DNA of 63,970 bases, the filler included. It is 7 parts of 7 records of this genome, joined end to end, with 100 filler letters (N's around TTAATTAATTAA, not from the genome) between each part and the next. Parts side by side here need not be neighbours in the genome. Positions count along the whole stretch, not along the records: positions 43,523 to 49,396 come from SRR20825010_6126; positions 49,497 to 59,984 come from SRR20825010_6127; 5 more parts are not named here. One strand, 5' to 3'. The notes under the pieces were generated by a model. That model was not told the DNA's origin, did not search any database, and worked only from the letters and a program-made list of their open reading frames with translations. Position numbers and translations under genes: made by a program. The first letter of the stretch is position 1. Each line of letters starts with the position of its first letter. Positions 43,523-53,639 of this stretch are shown here, piece by piece.

Positions 43523-44051
43523 GACCTGCTCCCCGTTGATCTCAGGTGAGACCGCCGGAACTAAACCAAAAAGGGCCGCGCAACAGCGCGGCCCCAGCCT
43601 GCAGTCGAAAAAGGGGGTGAATGGCTGATCGGGGGCGCGAACGGCGGCATGACCGCGAAACGGCACGCCGTCATCGATGCCGTCAAGTGCCCGATCCGGT
43701 TCTTCGTCACCGCTGGTCAGGCCAGCGACGACGCGGGCGTCAATGGGCAGCATGCCATCGGTTGACTGGCTACTGGGAGATCCAGGATTTGATGGGGACT
43801 GGTGCCGTGAGGTCCTGATCCTACAGAGGATTGCATCCCGCATCCCCGAACGGAAGTCGCGCGACAAACCCAACAAATACGACAAACGAAGATACAAGGG
43901 ACGCATCCGGGTAGAGTTCAACTTCGCACGCTTGAAGTATTGGCATCGGGTTGTCACCCGCTCCGGCAGATCCCCGATCGTGTTCCTTTCAGCAATCGCG
44001 CTCGCAGCGATCGCCTTGTTTTTTCTCTGAACGAATGTGTCTGGAGCCTAG
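43523..44051 (+). mobile_element. Degenerate IS5-family (IS427-like) transposase remnant with right end
   Basis: A5G5 slip site at 43608; GGMTAKRHAVIDA...FFVTAGQASD in one frame and DWLLGDPGFDGD...YDKRRYK...RLKYWHRVVTR in another; ends GAGCCTAG. Confidence 0.8.
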
Positions 44052-44274
44052 CAGATCGACCACATCCTGAAGCCGTTGCGCAAACACCTGCGCACAGCTC
44101 AAGCGACACAGTCGCCTGGGAAACGGGGGTTTTTGATCGGGGAGTCACGCTGAAAGATTGACCTCATTAACGTGAAGGTGGCTAAACAAAGCCATTAATA
44201 TCACAGTCCCTGCAGGCGCGCGCTACCTATCGCCGTGTACCGGTCAAGGCCAGTTGATCACTCACGTTCGTTCA

Positions 44275-45297
44275 TCACAGCCCGCAATTGTACCGTGTAT
44301 GCAGCAGGATCTGCGTCGCGTCCGGTTCACTGGTCACACCTTCCAGAAAGGCACCGATCCAGCGGACCGCTTGCGTCAACTCAGCTTTCAGGTCATGCGC
44401 CACGATGAAATCCATAGTCCCTGCCTGCAATAGCCCGCGTGATACTGGCGTCAGTTCATGACCCACAAGAATCGCGTCGTCCGAACAGCCTGTTTCCACC
44501 AAAGCCTGGGCCACGCCCCTGTTGGCCCCGGCGACATTGTAGATCGCGGGCGGCACACCATGTGCCGCAAAGTAGTCTGCCAGATGTCGGTGGGTGGTGT
44601 CGGGGCTGTCATCCGAAATCAGCGGTTCCTCAATCCGCAGATGGGGAAAGCTGGTGCGCAACACGCGGCGAAAGCCCATTTCACGGTCCTTCTGGCTGCG
44701 AAAGGCGACGCTCATCATCAGCAGGACAGGCAAGGGCGTTTTTGGCAAAGACCGGCCAATCACCTGCGCCGCCACGCTGCCCGCAGCGTGTTGGTCATTG
44801 CCGACATAGGTGTTGCGGCGCGAACTGGGCAGATCGCTGGTCAGGCAGACAACCGGCTTGCCCAGTCGACGCAATTGCCGGATTGCGCCGTTGATCGCGG
44901 GATGCTCTCTCGCCACGACCACGCTGCCGTCGGTCCGGGTGCCGTCCTCTAGCAAACGCGCGGCAAAGACATTGGCGTCCAATTCGTAGGTCACGGTAAA
45001 GGCGCTGCTCACGACGACGCCCGGCTCACTCCGGTGGAGCGCCGCAATGGCCGATCGGACCTCTCCGTTAAAGCCGTCCCCGGATTCGCAGTGCAGCGCG
45101 ATACGCAGCGGTTTGGTCACAGAGGTTTCCTGCCGCAACTTCTCAAAGGCCGTGCGCACCCGCTGCCGGGTCTGCTCGCGCACGCCGGGGCGGTTGTTCA
45201 ACACCCTGTCTACCGTTGCGGGGCCAACGCCGGACACCTCGGCCACCTGATGGATTGTCGGACCCTTCCAGGCAGTCTTGCGATCTGATGTGGTCAT
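44275..45297 (-). CDS. LacI-family transcriptional regulator
   Basis: PTIHQVAEVSGVGPATVDRVLNNR HTH plus a PBP-like effector domain; divergent from the sugar ABC operon. Confidence 0.92.
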   Translation of the reverse strand: MTTSDRKTAWKGPTIHQVAEVSGVGPATVDRVLNNRPGVREQTRQRVRTAFEKLRQETSVTKPLRIALHCESGDGFNGEVRSAIAALHRSEPGVVVSSAFTVTYELDANVFAARLLEDGTRTDGSVVVAREHPAINGAIRQLRRLGKPVVCLTSDLPSSRRNTYVGNDQHAAGSVAAQVIGRSLPKTPLPVLLMMSVAFRSQKDREMGFRRVLRTSFPHLRIEEPLISDDSPDTTHRHLADYFAAHGVPPAIYNVAGANRGVAQALVETGCSDDAILVGHELTPVSRGLLQAGTMDFIVAHDLKAELTQAVRWIGAFLEGVTSEPDATQILLHTRYNCGL

Positions 45298-45348
45298 GGC
45301 CCCTCCGCCCGCGCTGATGACGAAAATGAACGACGTCTTGGCGCTTTT

Positions 45349-45365
45349 TGATGCTAATCACATCA
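45349..45365. promoter_or_regulatory. Candidate operator of the LacI-type regulator
   Basis: Palindrome TGATG-N7-CATCA in the divergent intergenic region. Confidence 0.5.
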
Positions 45366-45595
45366 TTTTTTCTCAGTCTAGAGGGTTTGAGCTTTAGCGG
45401 TAACAGGGCATACTCAAGTGAATAATAAGGGAGGAGGCCGCCGCAAAAAAGGCGGCCCTGTCAAATTGACATACCAGGGTGCCGAAACGGGTGCGTGTTC
45501 CATGAGGCGGAAATTCCCGCATATCGGCATCTCTTTGCCTGACCGGATGCGTCACTGGGCATGCCCGACGTCAAAAAGATGAAAGGGAGGCGCAC

Positions 45596-46336
45596 ATGAG
45601 CTTGATGGAGCTCAGGCAAGTGACCAAGAGCTTCGGCGCGATCCACGCGTTGAACGGGGTCGATCTGAAACTGGAACCGGGCGAAGCTGTCGGCCTGATG
45701 GGCGACAACGGCGCGGGAAAATCGACGTTGATGAAAATCATTGCCGGCAATTTCCCTCCGACAACCGGAGAAATCCGGATCGAGGATAAGCGCGTTCACT
45801 TCACCAAACCGATTGACGCCCGTGAAAACGGGATCGAGATCGTCTATCAGGATTTGGCGCTGTGCGACAACCTGACAGCAGGGGCCAACGTCTTTCTGGG
45901 CCGTGAGTTGAAAAAGGGCTTCTGGCCTTTCCGCAAGCTGGACCATCAGGCCATGAATACCCGCGCAGGTGAGTTGTTCGGAGAGTTGAAATCCGAAACC
46001 CGGCCCCGCGATCTGGTCAAGCAGATGTCTGGTGGTCAGCGTCAGGCGGTGGCCATCGCCCGCACCCGTTTGTCCGAACCCAAACTGGTGCTGATGGACG
46101 AACCCACGGCCGCCATTTCCGTGCGGCAGGTGGCCGAGGTGCTGAACCTCATCAAGCGGCTCAAGGATCAGGGCCACGCGGTCATCCTTGTCAGCCACCG
46201 GATGCCCGACGTTTTTGAGGTTTGCGACCGGGTTGCCGTGCTGCGGCGCGGAACCAAGGTCGCCGACAAGAAGATCAACGATACCAGCCCGGAAGAAGTA
46301 ACCGGCCTCATCATCGGAGCGATCCAGGCAGCATGA
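45596..46336 (+). CDS. Sugar ABC transporter ATP-binding protein (CUT2)
   Basis: GDNGAGKS, VYQDLAL, MSGGQRQ, DEPT. Confidence 0.94.
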   Translation: MSLMELRQVTKSFGAIHALNGVDLKLEPGEAVGLMGDNGAGKSTLMKIIAGNFPPTTGEIRIEDKRVHFTKPIDARENGIEIVYQDLALCDNLTAGANVFLGRELKKGFWPFRKLDHQAMNTRAGELFGELKSETRPRDLVKQMSGGQRQAVAIARTRLSEPKLVLMDEPTAAISVRQVAEVLNLIKRLKDQGHAVILVSHRMPDVFEVCDRVAVLRRGTKVADKKINDTSPEEVTGLIIGAIQAA

Positions 46337-47391
46337 CTGACAATACGCAGACCCCGCAAGACGCCCACGACAAGACCGCGCAGACACCAACTGTCGATCA
46401 CGCGGCCATCGACGAGAGCATCACGCTGCGGCAGGAAGTGTCCGGCCTCGGTGCGCTCCTGCGTACCCAACCGTTCTGGGTTTTTGTGGCGATTTTGGCC
46501 ATCGGCGTCGTCATGACATTCGTCTCTGACGCCTTCCTGACCGAACGCAACATGTTCAACATCACCCGCAACATGGCCTTTTTCGGCATTATGGCTTTGG
46601 GTATGTCGGCGGTGATCTGCACCGCGGGCATCGACCTGTCTGTCGGATCCTTGATGGGCCTTTGCGCCATCAACCTTGCGCTTGTCCTGCAGGCCGGTTG
46701 GGGCGTCGAGGTGGGCTTTCTTGCCTGTATGCTGACCGCCGCCGTGGTGGGGTTCATCAATGGCGTGTTGATCGCCTATGTCCGGCTGGCGCCTTTTGTG
46801 GTGACGCTGGGAATGTTGGCCATGTCGCGTTCCATCGCCATGGTCATTTCCAACAACAAGATGGTCTACGAATTCGGCCCGGATCAGGATCTGTTCGAAC
46901 AGATCGGCGGCGGCAGTCTGCTGGGCGTGCCCAATGTGGTTTGGGTGCTGACGGCCATGACCCTCTTTTTTCTTTGGGTCTGGCGCTATTCGGAATGGGG
47001 TCGCTGGGTCATCGCCATCGGTGGCAACGCCCACGCAGCCAAGCTGTCGGGCATCCCGGTCGAGCGCGTGATCGTCTCTGTCTACATGGTCTGTTCCATG
47101 TGTACCGGCGTCGCGGCCTTCATGTTCATCGGCTACACCGGGTCGGCCACCAACGGCATGGGTGCCACCTATGAATTGAACGTCATCGCGGCCAGCGTGA
47201 TCGGCGGCGCCAATCTGATGGGCGGCGTGGTCTATGCGCTTGGCGCGCCCATCGGGGCCGCACTGGTCGAGCTGATCCGAAATTCGCTTCTGCTGGCCGG
47301 AATTCCGGCCCTGTGGCAGCAATTCTTTGTCGGACTGTTCCTCATTTTGGCTGTCCTTCTGGAACAGCTCCGCAATCGCGGGGGCAAATAA
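46333..47391 (+). CDS. Sugar ABC transporter permease (RbsC-like)
   Basis: GIDLSVGS, PFVVTLG, AIGGN, ELNVIAASVIGG; ATGA overlap. Confidence 0.94.
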   Translation: MTDNTQTPQDAHDKTAQTPTVDHAAIDESITLRQEVSGLGALLRTQPFWVFVAILAIGVVMTFVSDAFLTERNMFNITRNMAFFGIMALGMSAVICTAGIDLSVGSLMGLCAINLALVLQAGWGVEVGFLACMLTAAVVGFINGVLIAYVRLAPFVVTLGMLAMSRSIAMVISNNKMVYEFGPDQDLFEQIGGGSLLGVPNVVWVLTAMTLFFLWVWRYSEWGRWVIAIGGNAHAAKLSGIPVERVIVSVYMVCSMCTGVAAFMFIGYTGSATNGMGATYELNVIAASVIGGANLMGGVVYALGAPIGAALVELIRNSLLLAGIPALWQQFFVGLFLILAVLLEQLRNRGGK

Positions 47392-47426
47392 CCGCCCCCA
47401 ACTTCATGACAACGGGAGGAAAATTC

Positions 47427-48419
47427 ATGAAGAAACTACTGACTGCAACTGCGCTGCTTGGCGCATTGACCGCACCGGCTTTTGCCGAAAGCCATGGCGG
47501 CTACACCTTTGCGCTGGTGCCCAAGGCGATGAACAACCCGTTCTTCGATCTGGCGCGCGACGGCTGCCACGCCGCGCAAGAGGAACTGGCAGATGTGACC
47601 TGCGAATACATCGGCCCCGGTGAACACACCGAGCTTGAACAGATCCAGATCGTTCAGGACCTGATCACCAAGGGTGTTGACGGGATCGCGGTTGCGCCCT
47701 CAAACGCACCCGCCATGGCCAAGGTGCTGAAAGGCGCGATGGACGCGGGCATCCCGGTCATGACTTGGGACTCGGATCTGCTGCCAGAGGATATTGCCCT
47801 GCGGACCACCTATGTGGGCACCAACAACTACAACATCGGCGTTCATCTGGCCGAACTGGTGATGGCGCGTCACCCCGATGGCGGTACCGTCTGCCTGCAA
47901 ACGGGTGGCGCGGCGGCGGCGAACCACAACGAGCGCCTGCTAGGCGCGCGCGAAACGCTGGCCGGCATGGATCTTGGCGATCCTCCGGGCCGGATGCTGG
48001 ACGGCGACAACGGCTGGACCGAGATTTCGGGCTGTCCGCTGATCACCAACGATGACGGCAACGTCGCCGTTCAGGGCATGACCGACATTTTGGCCGCAAA
48101 CCCGGACCTGACTGCGTTCCTGTCCACCGGCGCGTTCACACAGTGGTTCGACAACGCCTATCGCAACGCAGCCGAGCCCTACAAAGGCAAGATGGATGCG
48201 GGTGAGCTGACCATCGTGGTGGCTGACACGCTTCCGATGCAGCTTGCACAGACCAAGGACGGTCTGGGTAACGGCCTGGTTGGTCAACGCCCCTATGAAA
48301 TGGGATACAAAGCCATGTATATCCTCAAGGATATTGTCGAGGGTAAAGACGTTGAGGACCCGATCTACACCGGGCTCGACATTTGCAACAACGACAACGT
48401 CGACACCTGCGTGAAGTGA
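47427..48419 (+). CDS. Sugar ABC transporter periplasmic binding protein
   Basis: Signal MKKLL...AFA; NNPFF; WDSD; YVGTNN; GQRPYEMG. Confidence 0.93.
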   Translation: MKKLLTATALLGALTAPAFAESHGGYTFALVPKAMNNPFFDLARDGCHAAQEELADVTCEYIGPGEHTELEQIQIVQDLITKGVDGIAVAPSNAPAMAKVLKGAMDAGIPVMTWDSDLLPEDIALRTTYVGTNNYNIGVHLAELVMARHPDGGTVCLQTGGAAAANHNERLLGARETLAGMDLGDPPGRMLDGDNGWTEISGCPLITNDDGNVAVQGMTDILAANPDLTAFLSTGAFTQWFDNAYRNAAEPYKGKMDAGELTIVVADTLPMQLAQTKDGLGNGLVGQRPYEMGYKAMYILKDIVEGKDVEDPIYTGLDICNNDNVDTCVK

Positions 48420-48439
48420 TCGACACCGCCTAAGACATG

Positions 48440-48530
48440 ACGGCGGCGCCCCGGCGCCGCCGTTGCCATGGGGGCGCTGCCCCCGCCGCCCTGCGGGCGT
48501 CCCCCCGGGATATTTTTTGGACAGAAGAAA
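48440..48530. repeat. GC-rich hairpin plus Rhodobacteraceae-type REP-like element
   Basis: Perfect 11-bp inverted repeat ACGGCGGCGCC/GGCGCCGCCGT, then GGGGGCGCTGCCCCC...CCCCCGGGATATTTTTTGGACAGAAGAA. Confidence 0.6.
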
Positions 48531-48547
48531 CAAAGAGGTGTGGGCAG

Positions 48548-49396
48548 ATGGACAAGGTAAGATATGCCGTCGTCGGCGCGGGCTGGATTTCACAAATCGC
48601 CTTTATGCCCGCAGTAGCACAGACAGGGAATTCGGAGATCAGCGCCATTGTCAGTGGCAGTGGCCCGGCGGCTCAGGAACTGGCTCGTTTTCACGGTGGC
48701 GCGGAGGTGGTCGACTATGACGGTTATGACGCTCTGCTGGCATCGGACCGGATCGACGCGGTCTATATTGCGCTGCCCAACTCGCTGCATGCCGACCACA
48801 CCATCCGCGCATTGCGGGCGGGCAAACACGCGCTGGTGGAAAAGCCGCTGGCGCCCACGGTGGCCGAATGTGAGGCGATGATTGCCGCGTCCGATGCCTC
48901 GGGCGCTCTTTTGATGACGGCCTACCGACTGCATCATGAGCCGGGCACCGTCGAGGTTCTGGAACGAATCCGGCGCGGCGAGATCGGTGATCCGAGGCTG
49001 TTCAGCTCTGTCTTCGGGTTTCAATCCGACGCCGGAAATCATCGTCTTCGCGCCGAGCACTGGGGCGGACCCTTGCAGGATATCGGCGTCTATTGCCTGA
49101 ACGCGGCGCGGCATGTGTTTGGCGATGAACCGATTGAGGTCTGCGCGATGGGATCGCATGGCGACAATGACCCGCGTTTTGCCGAGGTCGAGGAAACTGT
49201 CGCCGTGACCATGCGTTTTCCGCGCGGGCGGCTGGCGCAATTTGTGGCCAGCTTTGGCACCGACGCGCAAGACAGCTATACCGTTCTGGGCACCAAAGGC
49301 ACGTTGCAGATCGACCCGGCCTATCGGTTCGAAACCCATGTGGCCTTGCGCCAACTGGCCGATGGGGCCGAACAGTCCGTCTATACCGCTGCGGAC
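48548..49396 (+). CDS. Gfo/Idh/MocA oxidoreductase, 3'-truncated
   Basis: YAVVGAGWI, YIALPNSLH, EKP, AYR, GGGPL-like WGGPLQDIGVY. Confidence 0.92.
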
Positions 49397-49496
49397 NNNN
49401 NNNNNNNNNNNNNNNNNNNNNNNNNNNNNNNNNNNNNNNNTTAATTAATTAANNNNNNNNNNNNNNNNNNNNNNNNNNNNNNNNNNNNNNNNNNNN
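49397..49496. other. Artificial contig spacer
   Basis: N44-TTAATTAATTAA-N44. Confidence 0.99.
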
Positions 49497-49610
49497 GTTG
49501 GTCACATAGGTTGCATGGTGCTTGCCGTAGTGATATTCCAGTGTTTCCTGGGAAATGTGGGGAGCCAGGGCGTCCATGGCATATGGCAATTCGGGCAGTG
49601 TGTGTTGCAT
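49497..49610 (-). CDS. sodB: Fe superoxide dismutase, 5' fragment (absent from the ORF track)
   Basis: My translation: [45 protein letters not shown]. Confidence 0.9.
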
Positions 49611-49685
49611 TTGATTATCCTCTCTCGCTCAATCATCATGAAAACTGTAGCTGAGGCCAAACCCCAGCAATTCAACCCTTCAATT

Positions 49686-51053
49686 CTATCTTGATTTGCT
49701 GTCGTCCATGTTCGCAAGCCCGCCCACGCTTGTTTTCTCGCGAACATTCATCAAAATTTCACCGTCAGCCAATGTGGCGCGAACGCCATCTCCCGGTTGA
49801 ACCTGCTGCACGGAACGAATCACAGCATTGCCTGGCTCGGGTTGTAAAAATGCATAACCACGCTCCAGCGTGCGCTGGGGCGACACCGCTTCAATTACGG
49901 AACCCAGCCGCTGCAAATTCCCGTCAACATTCGACATACGTTTGGATTGCGCGGCAGTCAATCCTTGCCCCAACAACTGGACATTCCGGTTTGCCTGGGT
50001 TTGTGCCACACCCATGTCGTTAATCAAATGTTGACCCAGCCTGTCAAGCCCATCGGTCTGTTGGGCAATATGTCGCCGGGCAACACCGGGTAGCCGCGTG
50101 AGCGCGTGGGTCAGCCTGACCTGAAGTGAATTCACGTAGGCGGTGGGTGTGATCAAACCCAATTCAGCCCGGTCCAGTTGTTGCACCAGCGACTGGGCAC
50201 GGTGACGCAATGCGCGGCGCAAATTGCTGTGCAAGCCTTGAATATCGGCCAGCAATTCACGCGTTGGCCTGCTAATCAGTTCTGCCGCTGCAGTGGGCGT
50301 GGCGGCCCGCAAATCGGCCGCGAATTCGGCCAAAGTGACATCGGACTCATGCCCCACACCCACCACAATCGGCGTTTTGCAAGCGGCAACCGCCCTGACC
50401 ACCGCCTCAACGTTAAAGCTCCACAGGTCTTCCAGGCTACCGCCGCCGCGACACAGAACTATGGCCTCGTGCCCAGCCCCATCGGCTTTTCGCAGGGCCT
50501 CGATAATTTGGCCCGCCGCCTGTGCGCCTTGCACTGCCGTGTGGTAAACCGTGTACTGAACATGGGGTGCTCGCCGGGCCAAAGCCTGTTTGACATCAGC
50601 CAAGGCTGCGGCCTGCAGGGAAGTGACGACACCCAGATTGAACACAACCGAGGGCAGCGCTTTCTTGCCAGCCAAGTCAAACAAGCCCTCCTGGGTCAGC
50701 TTCGCCTTCAGCTGCAAATACTGCTCGTGAAGATTGCCTTGCCCCGCTTTTTTGATGACATCGACAATTAGCTGCAGCTCGCCGCGCTGTTCGTACATGG
50801 CGAGCTGAGCCAGCACTTCGACCTTGTCACCTACTGCGGGCAAAAACCCCGCCAAAACATTGCGTTGACGAAACATGACCGCTTTCAACTGGGCTGAATC
50901 ATCTTTCAAGGCCAGGTACCAATGCCCCGAAGATGCCTTGGTAAAAGCAGCCACCTCACCCTGAATTCGCATGGCGCTGAACTGGGTACGAAAGTGGTCA
51001 TTCAGCAAGCGGGCAAACTGGCTTACGGAAAAAACTGTTTTGAAGTCAATCAT
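49686..51053 (-). CDS. xseA: Exodeoxyribonuclease VII large subunit
   Basis: SGHWYLALKD, RGGGSLEDLWSFN, GVGHESD, RAATPTAAAE, TLERGY. Confidence 0.96.
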   Translation of the reverse strand: MIDFKTVFSVSQFARLLNDHFRTQFSAMRIQGEVAAFTKASSGHWYLALKDDSAQLKAVMFRQRNVLAGFLPAVGDKVEVLAQLAMYEQRGELQLIVDVIKKAGQGNLHEQYLQLKAKLTQEGLFDLAGKKALPSVVFNLGVVTSLQAAALADVKQALARRAPHVQYTVYHTAVQGAQAAGQIIEALRKADGAGHEAIVLCRGGGSLEDLWSFNVEAVVRAVAACKTPIVVGVGHESDVTLAEFAADLRAATPTAAAELISRPTRELLADIQGLHSNLRRALRHRAQSLVQQLDRAELGLITPTAYVNSLQVRLTHALTRLPGVARRHIAQQTDGLDRLGQHLINDMGVAQTQANRNVQLLGQGLTAAQSKRMSNVDGNLQRLGSVIEAVSPQRTLERGYAFLQPEPGNAVIRSVQQVQPGDGVRATLADGEILMNVREKTSVGGLANMDDSKSR

Positions 51054-51246
51054 TTATGACCTGAACCGGGGGATTTCTTGACACATTTCCACAGCGACCA
51101 ACAAAAAACCGACTTGGGCGCAACACGCCTGAAACACAGGAAAATTCAAACAAGCACCTGATTTTATTGAGAAAAAACTATAGAATACACAACACAAAAA
51201 GTTCATTATTCAAAAAATTTGTTGATTCCTGAATAAATCAAGGGAT

Positions 51247-51267
51247 TTTTCCCCAAAGTTATCCACA
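51247..51267 (+). promoter_or_regulatory. Tandem DnaA boxes
   Basis: TTTTCCCCA (1 mismatch) at 51247 and perfect TTATCCACA at 51259. Confidence 0.6.
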
Positions 51268-51352
51268 ATGACCGCACGCCGCACAAAGAAAGCAATTTGT
51301 GTAATGTTGGTTTTTTCGCTAGAGTCCGTGTCTTGCTTAATAGGAGTCTACT

Positions 51353-51970
51353 GTGTGGTCGATCATTTCCGCTGCGGGCTGGCCAATTTGGCCTTTGATT
51401 TTTGGCTCGGTGGTTGCATTAGCAATCGTATTTGAACGCATTTGGGCACTTCGAAAAAATCAACTGTTACCAGACAACCTGGTGGCCGATGTATGCAAAA
51501 CCCTGCCCCAGTTCAAAGACAGGCAAAACATTGCCCGGCTTGAGACGCACAGTGCGCTGGGCGGGCTGATGGCCGCTGGCCTTGCTGCATTCTACAAAAA
51601 CGAAGACATCGAGCTGGCCATGCAAGACAAGTCGATCGGCGTACAAAACACGCTGGAGAAACATCTGGACGTGCTCTCGATGATTGCAAGTGCTGCCCCA
51701 CTGATGGGGCTATTGGGCACGGTAATCGGCATGATCGAAATTTTCGCAGTTCAAGGATCGGGCGCTCAAACTCCCGAGGCCATTGCTGCGGGCATTGCCG
51801 TTGCGTTGTACAACACTGCGTTTGGTTTGATTGTGGCCATTCCGGCCCTGGTGGCCTACCGACTGTTCAAAATCCGCATCAGCAACATTCTGGACGACAT
51901 GGGTGACGCCTTAAAACCATTTGAAGATTTGCTGAAACAACACGCCACCAGCAACCGCAAGGCTGGCTGA
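51353..51970 (+). CDS. MotA/TolQ/ExbB proton channel family protein
   Basis: APLMGLLGTVIGMI, GIAVALYNTAFGLIVAIPA. Confidence 0.93.
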   Translation: MWSIISAAGWPIWPLIFGSVVALAIVFERIWALRKNQLLPDNLVADVCKTLPQFKDRQNIARLETHSALGGLMAAGLAAFYKNEDIELAMQDKSIGVQNTLEKHLDVLSMIASAAPLMGLLGTVIGMIEIFAVQGSGAQTPEAIAAGIAVALYNTAFGLIVAIPALVAYRLFKIRISNILDDMGDALKPFEDLLKQHATSNRKAG

Positions 51971-51981
51971 GGAAAATTGCC

Positions 51982-52410
51982 TTGAGAATCAAACGCACCA
52001 GCGCCCCAGAGGCACCCGACATCAATCTGATCCCGCTCATTGATGTGTTGTTGGTCATCGTGATTTTTCTGGTGGTGTCTACCACCTTCATGCAACCAAG
52101 CCAGCTTGAGGTCGACTTGCCCGGCACGCAAAGCGCAAAAGAAAACGACACACCGCCCAAGGCACTGCGCATACGGATTGGCCGCGATGGAAACTATGCC
52201 CTTGGTTCGCAGGCGATTTTGAACGAAACCCAGTTGCGCCGCGAATTAAGCAAAGTTATTTCGGCTGGCAATGCCCGCGAAGAAAAACGTGCGATTGTTG
52301 AAGCGGATGCTGCGGCCACGCACCAATCCGTCGTTGTGGTCATGGACATGCTGGCTTCGCTGGGTGTGGCGCGGGTGTCAATTGCCACGTCAGGTGGCAA
52401 GGCGAAATGA
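51982..52410 (+). CDS. ExbD/TolR family protein
   Basis: INLIPLIDVLLVIVIF, ADAAATHQSVVVVMD. Confidence 0.93.
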   Translation: MRIKRTSAPEAPDINLIPLIDVLLVIVIFLVVSTTFMQPSQLEVDLPGTQSAKENDTPPKALRIRIGRDGNYALGSQAILNETQLRRELSKVISAGNAREEKRAIVEADAAATHQSVVVVMDMLASLGVARVSIATSGGKAK

Positions 52411-53477
52411 ACCACCCCGACCGCAAAGCCAGACTTGAAACGGCATTGCTGCAAATTTGGTATGGTGGCTACCAGCCTGGCTGGCCAACGCACACCATCC
52501 TGAACATTCTGGAAGGTGTTTACAAAGGCTTGCGCCTATTGAGCCGACAACATTCCAAAACCCTTTCCTGCAAAAGAAATACCAATCCACCGGTGCTGGT
52601 GATTGGCAATTTAATCGCTGGCGGCGCTGGCAAAACCCCGATTGTGATGGCGGTCTGTCAGCATCTTTGCGCAGCGGGCAAGAAAGTAGGCATTGTCAGC
52701 CGCGGCTATGGGCGCAAGGGCAGCCGCACCGTATTGATCGACCCAAGCAAGCCATTGCCACAGGCCAGCGAAGTGGGCGATGAACCCCTGTTTTTGTGTG
52801 CACAAACACATTGCCCGGTGGCTGTGTGCGCAGACAGGGCTGAAGCGCTGGACACTTTATTGAGTGCGTTCCCGGACCTGGACCTTGTTGTTTCAGATGA
52901 TGGCCTGCAACACCACCGCCTTGTGCGCCAACTGGAATGGGTCGTGTTCGATGAACGCGCCCAAGGCAACGGCAGGCTGTTGCCTGCAGGACCCCTGCGG
53001 GAACCTTTGTCACGCCTGAACACTGTAGATGCAATATTGGCTTCCAACATCGGGATTGAACAATTAAGCGGTGCGCTGAACATGCCTTCGCAAAACAACT
53101 GGCATGCGGTGTGCGTGCTGCTACAAGGTTTTCGCCACCTGCAAACGGGGCAATTCATGTCAACCGGCCAGGCCACTGAACACTGGAAAGGTAAACCATT
53201 GCTGGCTTTCACTGGAATAGCAAACCCGGAAAAACTGTTCAAGGCAATCAGGATCGCAGGCATTGAACTGCAGGAAACACGCGGGCTGCCAGACCATTAC
53301 AGTTACCCAATCGACTTTTGCGCACAGTTCGATCAGCCCATTCTGATCACAAGCGGCAAAGATGCCGTAAAATTAAATGCATCGAACCCCAAGGTGTGGG
53401 TGGCGGAAATCAACGTTGAATTGCCACTTGCCTTGACCCAAGCCCTAGAGGACTGCATTGGATCCACAATTGATTGA
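52407..53477 (+). CDS. lpxK: Tetraacyldisaccharide 4'-kinase
   Basis: GNLIAGGAGKTP, SRGYG, GDEP, DDGLQH, LPAGPLRE. Confidence 0.96.
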   Translation: MNHPDRKARLETALLQIWYGGYQPGWPTHTILNILEGVYKGLRLLSRQHSKTLSCKRNTNPPVLVIGNLIAGGAGKTPIVMAVCQHLCAAGKKVGIVSRGYGRKGSRTVLIDPSKPLPQASEVGDEPLFLCAQTHCPVAVCADRAEALDTLLSAFPDLDLVVSDDGLQHHRLVRQLEWVVFDERAQGNGRLLPAGPLREPLSRLNTVDAILASNIGIEQLSGALNMPSQNNWHAVCVLLQGFRHLQTGQFMSTGQATEHWKGKPLLAFTGIANPEKLFKAIRIAGIELQETRGLPDHYSYPIDFCAQFDQPILITSGKDAVKLNASNPKVWVAEINVELPLALTQALEDCIGSTID

Positions 53478-53634
53478 CATTCTGGTTTGCCCCATCTGCA
53501 AAGGCCCGCTTCAAAAGCGACCGGCCGATGGTTTCCTGGTGTGCAAAGCAGACAAACTGGCTTTCCCCGTGCGCGACGGCATACCCATCATGCTGGTTGA
53601 GCAGGCTGAACCCGTTACAACTTCCGGCAGCTAA
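53458..53634 (+). CDS. ycaR: Trm112-family (YcaR-like) small protein, TTG start (absent from the ORF track)
   Basis: My translation: MDPQLIDILVCPICKGPL...LVCKADKLAFPVRDGIPIMLVEQA; lpxK-ycaR-kdsB synteny. Confidence 0.9.
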   Translation: MDPQLIDILVCPICKGPLQKRPADGFLVCKADKLAFPVRDGIPIMLVEQAEPVTTSGS

Positions 53635-53639
53635 TCCAC

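Noticed and set aside
43475-43957. 160-aa minus-strand ORF
   Set aside because: It is the antisense of the decayed IS5 transposase.
51054-51352. Chromosomal oriC
   Set aside because: Only one perfect DnaA box and no dnaA, gidA or parAB context; kept as a possible non-origin DnaA locus.
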